In this document: piece by piece, positions 57,231 through 64,000 of the stretch
Layout: the number at the start of each line of letters is the position of its first letter
How positions within the stretch are numbered: position 1 is the first letter of the stretch
Assembly (NCBI GenBank): GCA_051294375.1
Contig: CM119268.1
Span: forward strand, 2,848,854 to 2,912,853
Reading direction: 5' to 3'
DNA: 64,000 nt
Origin: Paraspadella gotoi
Taxonomy: Eukaryota > Animalia > Chaetognatha
Program-made: the position numbers and the translations under genes
Notes under the pieces: model-generated
The model's database searches: none
Seen by the model: only the letters and a program-made list of their open reading frames with translations
What the model was told of the DNA's origin: nothing

Positions 57231-60099
57231 NNNNNNNNNNNNNNNNNNNNNNNNNNNNNNNNNNNNNNNNNNNNNNNNNNNNNNNNNNNNNNNNNNNNNN
57301 NNNNNNNNNNNNNNNNNNNNNNNNNNNNNNNNNNNNNNNNNNNNNNNNNNNNNNNNNNNNNNNNNNNNNNNNNNNNNNNNNNNNNNNNNNNNNNNNNNNN
57401 NNNNNNNNNNNNNNNNNNNNNNNNNNNNNNNNNNNNNNNNNNNNNNNNNNNNNNNNNNNNNNNNNNNNNNNNNNNNNNNNNNNNNNNNNNNNNNNNNNNN
57501 NNNNNNNNNNNNNNNNNNNNNNNNNNNNNNNNNNNNNNNNNNNNNNNNNNNNNNNNNNNNNNNNNNNNNNNNNNNNNNNNNNNNNNNNNNNNNNNNNNNN
57601 NNNNNNNNNNNNNNNNNNNNNNNNNNNNNNNNNNNNNNNNNNNNNNNNNNNNNNNNNNNNNNNNNNNNNNNNNNNNNNNNNNNNNNNNNNNNTTCCATTT
57701 GGCTCTCATACCGTAGATATTCTGGGGTTCACTCTCCTTCGTCACTCTCATTTGTTTGTAGGGTTCCAACAACTTTTATTAAGGAGATTTAAAAGTTGAT
57801 GGCTTCGATTAATTTGACACCCTGTAATCTAGTTAAAGTTAATTTTGCCGTCGCGCTAACGGTTTTAACTCCACCACACTTCCTTTCTGGCTCCGAGATT
57901 TTTAATTTTCCGGCTTCCACCTGCGCCGAGGCAAATCGTCCGAGTTAAGAAACTTCAATTTAACGCTATCCAATTTTACCAACACTGTATTTTATTCTTT
58001 ATTAAAATTTTTATTCATTTCTTTTTTCGACCAAATAGTTTATTCGTTAGATGTTTATTCATGTATCAACTGGATCCGATACGAAAGAATAAAAAAATTA
58101 AGCAAAATGAACGAATAGATGAATAAATAAACCGAAAACGAGGCTAGCGAGTGATTGATCGAGCCTCGTTTCCGATTTCAGCGCCATCATCGCTCCCCGT
58201 CGACCTCATTTCCTATTCGTCTCCATGAAACATCAGCCAACACATTAAACAAATATAGGAATCTGTCTGTCGGGCCGCTGCGTCCGTCTGTCCTTATGTT
58301 TCTTTATGTATATTTTTTTTATTTTTTTTGTTGTGTTGATTTTTGTATTTATTCAGTTGTTTTTTTTTTTCGGCGGCGCCGTAAATTCCTTAGCATTGTG
58401 CCGCTGGAGAAACGTCGTGTCATGCTCGTGTCGTTCTTCGTGACGGTGTCGTTCGTTCGTTCGTTCGTGTCGGTCGTTCATGTCAACCGTTCGTGTGTTC
58501 GTCGTTTCCGTTCCTTCGTCTCCTTCGTGTTCGTGTGCGTTCGTTTCTCGTTTTTTCTTTTCTTTTCTTCTAATCTTATTTCTTTCCGTTTGTCTTTCTT
58601 GGTCTTTCTTAATCGTTTTTTCTTTCTTTCTTTTCTTTTGCTTTTCTTTCTTTCTTTCTTTCTTGTCTTTCTGCTTCTTGTCTTTTGTTCTTGTTTTTAT
58701 GTGTCTTTCTTCTTCTTTTCGCCGACAAGGCGAGAAAACAATCGAGGGCGCGTGAGATCGAGAATATTAGGGACTCGCGAGCGCATGCCATGCCTCGGCT
58801 GGTTGGCGTTCCGTGGGACTAAAGGTGGGAGAGGGGGGAGCTTGGGCGATGGAGGGAGTTTAGGGTGGAGGAGGTGGTGGGGAAGGGGAAAGTAGAAAGT
58901 GAGGGAGAGGAAAGAAGAAGAGAAAAAAGAAAGGGAAGAGTTTTCGGAAAAAAGAGAAGTAAAATGAAAAGGAGAAAAGGAAAAGGGGAAAGAAAGAAAG
59001 TTGAAGGATTGAAGAAAAGGATTGTTAGAGAAGAGAGTTAGCGAAAGATTAGAGAAGAGAAGGTAAAGGAGGAAAATATGATGGGGGAGGAAAAAGAGTC
59101 GGAAAAAATGAAAAGAGGTCGGAGAAAAAAACGCTCAGTGAAAAGTATAGAAAGAGAGTTGGAGAAGGAAGAATAAGGAGAAAAAAAAAAAAACAAGAGG
59201 GTGATTCCAATGTGTTGCGCCGCCGCAGTGGACGTTTATTTTCAGCGTGTATTTTTCTTTTGATCCATATTATATGACATATTATGATATGACTGGACAT
59301 GACATAAGTAAAAAACTTGTCTATTTATAGACGTACACTGCAGTTAAGTCTTTTAGTTCCTTATAGTTTTAGGATTTCCTGAAGGCGGCGATAGCCAGTC
59401 ATTAGATTTGAGGTTTTTTTTTCTTTCTTAGACAAATGAACAAAGCATACTAGTAGTAAATGTATATCATTTTTTTACGGTAAGTGGGATAGACCGACTG
59501 GATAGACTTACTGGAACCGATAGACACACGATGACCGAGCATTAAGTGACTTATAGACGTTGCTCCGGCGAGTACTCTAGTGGAAATGAAAAGTGAAGGG
59601 GAAGTCGTGGTTGTGGAATTGGAGAGATTGGAAGATGAAAGAGAATTTTAGAATATCAATTTTATAGAGTTCGAATTAGAATTACGATTTGATATGCTAG
59701 ATATATACGTTAGGAAAAGTTCAGTTATTAATTAATATTTAGATTCATTTTCACTGAGAAGAGCAATAGGAATTTACAGCCTGTGTTATTGTTGCGGGCT
59801 GGTAATCTTCCTCCTTGTTATTTTGTATTCTGTGTGTTGCTTTTTAACATTTTTTTAAAACTAACTTACTACGGAAGTCGTAAAATGAGTTAAAGTCTGT
59901 ACTAAGAAATTATGTTCTTGCCTTTGTTTGCTTGTTCAAACTCCGACTCGAACTGGTAATGACAAAACTCGACAAACGTGAACAAAGGGAAAGCGACGAC
60001 GGGACATAATTAATTTCAAACTGGTGACTCCATTACGCGCCATCTTGATGCGTCCGCAGGCGGACTTCGCTTCGGCCTGCAAAAAAAAAAAGGGCCAGA

Positions 60100-63000
60100 G
60101 CCGCAGCGACCGTCAGGCGGCATCCGGAGCAGCGGCCGCAGCATGCCTTTCTGCTGCCGCAATCTGTAACCCCTCGAGGTCGCAGACTTAACAAGGATTA
60201 ACCGCGAGGTGGTAAACAAGCAACAGACGACCACTGAGCGACAACAACGACGCTCATCCTCAACCGGCGGCACCTGACCCGTAATTCCAATCTCCGCCTT
60301 GAACAGAAATTCCCGGTTGGTTTGCTGTCGGATCCATGTTGCGTTCATGGGTTGCTTAGGCAACCGAAGTGGAATTCCGTATTAAAACTGGACGGCAAGA
60401 TACAATCGCATAGAAAGCGCGAGCGTAATTTCGCAGACAGCAATGAAAGAATTAAAGTTGGAGTTGTTGATGTATACAAAGAATGTCTATGTGTATATTA
60501 AGAATAATTGTTTTCTCGCGTTTTTTCGTGGTCCACTCGCCGACTGGTTAAAATGTCCGTCTATCTTTTCTCTCTCTCTCCTCTCGTCTGTCCGGCTCTC
60601 TCTGCTCGTCCTCGTCTCTTCTCTCTCTTCGTTCTCGTCTCTCTCTCGTCTCTCTCTCTCGTCTCTGCGTTCTCTCTCTCTTTGCTCTCTCTCTCTTTCT
60701 CTCTTCTCTCTCTCTCTCGGTCTCTGCTTCTCGTCTGCTCCCGTCAGTCTCATCTCGTCTCTCTGCTCGTCTCTTTCTCCATCTCTCTGCGCTCTCCTTC
60801 CAGCGCCGTTCGCGGGAAAAGAGGAACAAAGTAATAAAAAGGTTGGAATCTCGGAAGTCATTTCCGCGCGGTTCGATCGCTCAATATCGTGGCGCCATTC
60901 TGGGAGAAAGAATTAGGTTTGTTTTTATGGAGTGTTTTGACGCCAACGGGCATTGGCGGTGAATTACTTAACTTTATCGCTTTTTTGATTATAATTCTAT
61001 TTAACGCTCGAAGCTTTTTGTATTTCTTTCAAAGAAGCTAGAAGTTCATGCGCGGTTCAAAATGAATAGAAATTAGGTATAGGGAGTTAATTAAGATCTT
61101 AAGTAAATAGGAGGATCCTAAGATATAGTCCGCTATGACCAAAGACTCGTAACATTTAAGACCTTCTTTCTTGATCATAGATAGTTTTTGAAGATTTTAG
61201 AATATTTCGGTAAAATAAAAAATCAAATAGTCACGCGTCAATATATAGTTTATAATATAACTTATTGTTTTATAGTAAACCTTTTTATAGTGAGGGTTAA
61301 TCTTCTTCTTTATTTCGCTTTAGCTGCTGCTTACGGGTTTTCAATATCAGCTTGATGCTATCAATAAGATAAACTAAATAAAAAGCTCATAAATGGTTCG
61401 TTAAAACATAAAACCAGATAAAAAAACGCTGAAAGAAACGGTATTTAAAAAGAAACAATGGTCTTAGAAACGAGCCGCTCGAGGAAATCCAACAAAGGAA
61501 GGAACTTGGAACGGCTCCCAAAGAATGGGTTAAGTAATCGGGAAAGAAGAGAACTGCAAAGTAATGGGCAAAGTAATGGGTTAAGCGGTTTCTAAGAAAC
61601 TTTCTCGTTTTTTGTGATTTGCATCGTTAAGCATTTGGTTGAGCGGAAGTCCTCAGCCCCGGAAAGAAGGTGGGTGAGTTCGGTGCTTTCTCAAGGCTAT
61701 TCAAAGCTTGGTCATCGGTTCGAAAAAGTAAGTAAGCCAATTTGTAACAAGAAATGTTTGACTTTTAAATCGAGTTTCTAATAAATACTACGTATTACTA
61801 AAGTGAGATTGAACTGTAAAAGCAACTGACAATTTTTATAATCAATTCAAAATCGAAGATGCGGCCGTTTCTTCACGCGGTAAATTCGAATTTGGCAATT
61901 GAGTTTTTTTTTGCGCCGACGATCTCGGCAGCGTGCCCGTCGTCTTGCCAAACCAACTTTCCATTGCCTTAACCCGCTTGTCGGCCCTCGGCGTTTTTTG
62001 CGGAGAAATGCTCTCTCCTCTACTTTGGCCTTTGAAGTGTGATAAAAGCCCAAAAAACCATTTTCTCCGACGGGAACCTATGGCTAAAAAGGCTTTTCCT
62101 CTCTCGTCTCTCCTCTCGTCTCTCTCTGTCTCGTCTCATCCGTCTGCGTTCTCTCTCTGGTCTCGTCTCGTTCTCGTCTCCTCTCTCTGGCGCCTCTCTC
62201 TCGTCTCTCGTTCCTCCTCTCTCTGCTCGCAATTCTTTTATCTCTGCCATATAACCTCGCCGGGCGTTTTTCTCTGCGTCTTACTCTTGCTCACGTCTCT
62301 CGCATACGCTTCGTTCACAATTCAATAAATTAAATTTAAATTAATAAATTATATTAATGGAATAAAATCTGCCTCCGATTCAGGCTTCGTCGCTGAGTTA
62401 CCGCCCAACGGACGTTTTCCGTCGTCTGTTTCTGCCATCGTTGCTCGCCGGTTTCCTTCGACAACGTCAAGTCAAAGTGGGAACCGCAACGTGCAACACT
62501 ACATATCCAGGTGAGAATGGCAATAAAAGGGGGGTTTGAGATGGCAACCGAAATGCACGGGTGAGATGCGGCGCAAATGGAGGGTGAGATGAACAAACGG
62601 GTAAGAATGAAAAGTGGTGTGATCATGTCCAAAAATATTGATGAACCGATAGCANNNNNNNNNNNNNNNNNNNNNNNNNGGCATCGGGAGCAGCGGCCGC
62701 AGCATCCTTTCTGCTCCGAATCTGTAACCCCTCGAGGTCGAGACTTAACAAGGATTAACCTCAAGTGGTAAACAACAACAACGACGACGACGACAACAAC
62801 GACGCTCATCTCAACCGGCGCCACCTGACCCGTAATTCAATCTCCGCCTTGAACGAAATTCCGGTTGGTTGCTTCGGATCCATTTGCGTTCATGGAGTTG
62901 CTTAGCAACCGAAGTGAATTCCGTATTAAAACTGACGCAAGATACATCGCATAAAACGCGAGCGTAATTCGCAAACAGCAATGAAAAATTATCGGAATTT

Positions 63001-64000
63001 TGATGTATACAAAAGAATGTCTATTGTCTATAAGAATAATTTTTTTCTCCTTTTTTNNNNNNNNNNNNNNNNNNNNNNNNNNNNNNNNNNNNNNNNNNNN
63101 NNNNNNNNNNNNNNNNNNNNNNNNNNNNNNNNNNNNNNNNNNNNNNNNNNNNNNNNNNNNNNNNNNNNNNNNNNNNNNNNNNNNNNNNNNNNNNNNNNNN
63201 NNNNNNNNNNNNNNNNNNNNNNNNNNNNNNNNNNNNNNNNNNNNNNNNNNNNNNNNNNNNNNNNNNNNNNNNNNNTCTCTCTCTCTCTCTCTCCTTCCAG
63301 CGCCGTCGCGGGAAAGAGAACCAAAGTAATAAAAAGGTTGGAATCTCGAAGTCATTTCCCGTTCATCTTCATATCGTGGCGCCATTCTGCGAGAAAAATT
63401 AGTTTTTTATGGAGTTTTTGACGCCAACGGCATTGGCGTGAATTACTTAACTTTATCCTNNNNNNNNNNNNGACCTTTTTCTTATCATAATAGTTTTTGA
63501 GATTTAGAATATTTCGTTATAATCAAATAGTCACGCAATATATATTTATAATATAACTTATGTTTTATAGTAACCTTTTTATAGTGAGGGTTAATCTTCT
63601 TCTTTATTCCTTTACTCTGCTTACGGGTTTCATTCATCTTTGATGCTATCATAAATAAACTAAATAAAAGCTCATAAATGGTTCGTTAAAACATAAAACC
63701 ATAAAAACGCTGAAGAAGGTATTTAAAAAGACAATGGTCTTAGAAACGAGCCGCTCGAGAAATCCAACAAAGGAAGGAACTTGGAAACGGCTCCAAAAAC
63801 TGGTTGAGTAATGGGAAAAGAAACTGGCAAAGTAATGGGAAAAGTAATGGGTTAACGGTTTCTAGGAATTTCTCGTTTTTGACTTTCGTCGTTAACATTT
63901 GGTTGAGCGGAAGTCTCACCCGGAAAGAAGGCTGGGTGAGTTCGTCTTTCCAAAGGCTATTCAAACTTGGTATCGGTTCGAAAAAGTAAGTTAAGCCAAT
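60100..64000. repeat. Direct duplication 60100-61750 vs 62680-64000
   Basis: Same sequence order (GAGCAGCGGCCGCAGCAT...GGTTCGAAAAAGTAAG) with indel differences, separated by N gaps. Confidence 0.8.

Larger units (their letters stand above)
51410..60450. repeat. ~4-kb inverted duplication (51410-55530 vs 56570-60450)
   Basis: 55330-55530 is the reverse complement of 56570-56770, 54171-54312 of 57693-57826, and 51420-51840 of 60080-60440. Confidence 0.85.

Noticed and set aside
51410-60450. Two head-to-head Rho GTPase paralogues
   Set aside because: Only exon 2 and its flanking introns are mirrored, near-identically. The sequence at ~55541 resumes that at ~51330, pointing to an inserted inverted copy.

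Overview
This is animal (invertebrate) nuclear DNA: AT-rich, intron-containing and full of microsatellites, from a noisy gap-filled draft assembly with many N runs and indel-laden stretches. Three protein-coding genes can be reconstructed. (1) A complete 10-exon CAMTA gene (+, 2321-11623, about 2140 aa) with CG-1, TIG, ankyrin and IQ regions, ending in a single ~4-kb exon. (2) A plasma-membrane-type Na+/H+ exchanger (SLC9A/NHE; -, 24411-16395) whose promoter and first coding exon sit inverted at ~33.7-34.2 kb. (3) The first two exons of a Rac/Mtl-like Rho GTPase (46.4 kb and 54.7/57.2 kb). The two most interesting signals are these. First, a 651-bp non-autonomous LTR retroelement (TRIM) in CAMTA intron 6, with tRNA-Gly-like LTRs, a tRNA-Trp-like PBS, a PPT, TA...CA ends and a 4-bp TSD; a solo LTR of the same family with its own 4-bp TSD lies at 54.3 kb. 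Second, a 69-bp stop-free minisatellite that copies the NHE exon-1 end together with its 5' splice donor about 19 times, giving a ladder of in-frame donors that would each add a His-rich 23-aa unit. Also present: a Penelope-like GIY-YIG remnant, MITE-like foldbacks, an internally deleted methyltransferase-like ORF and a decaying 12-bp minisatellite. Several kb-scale tandem and inverted duplications (20-64 kb) are most likely assembly or amplification artefacts.
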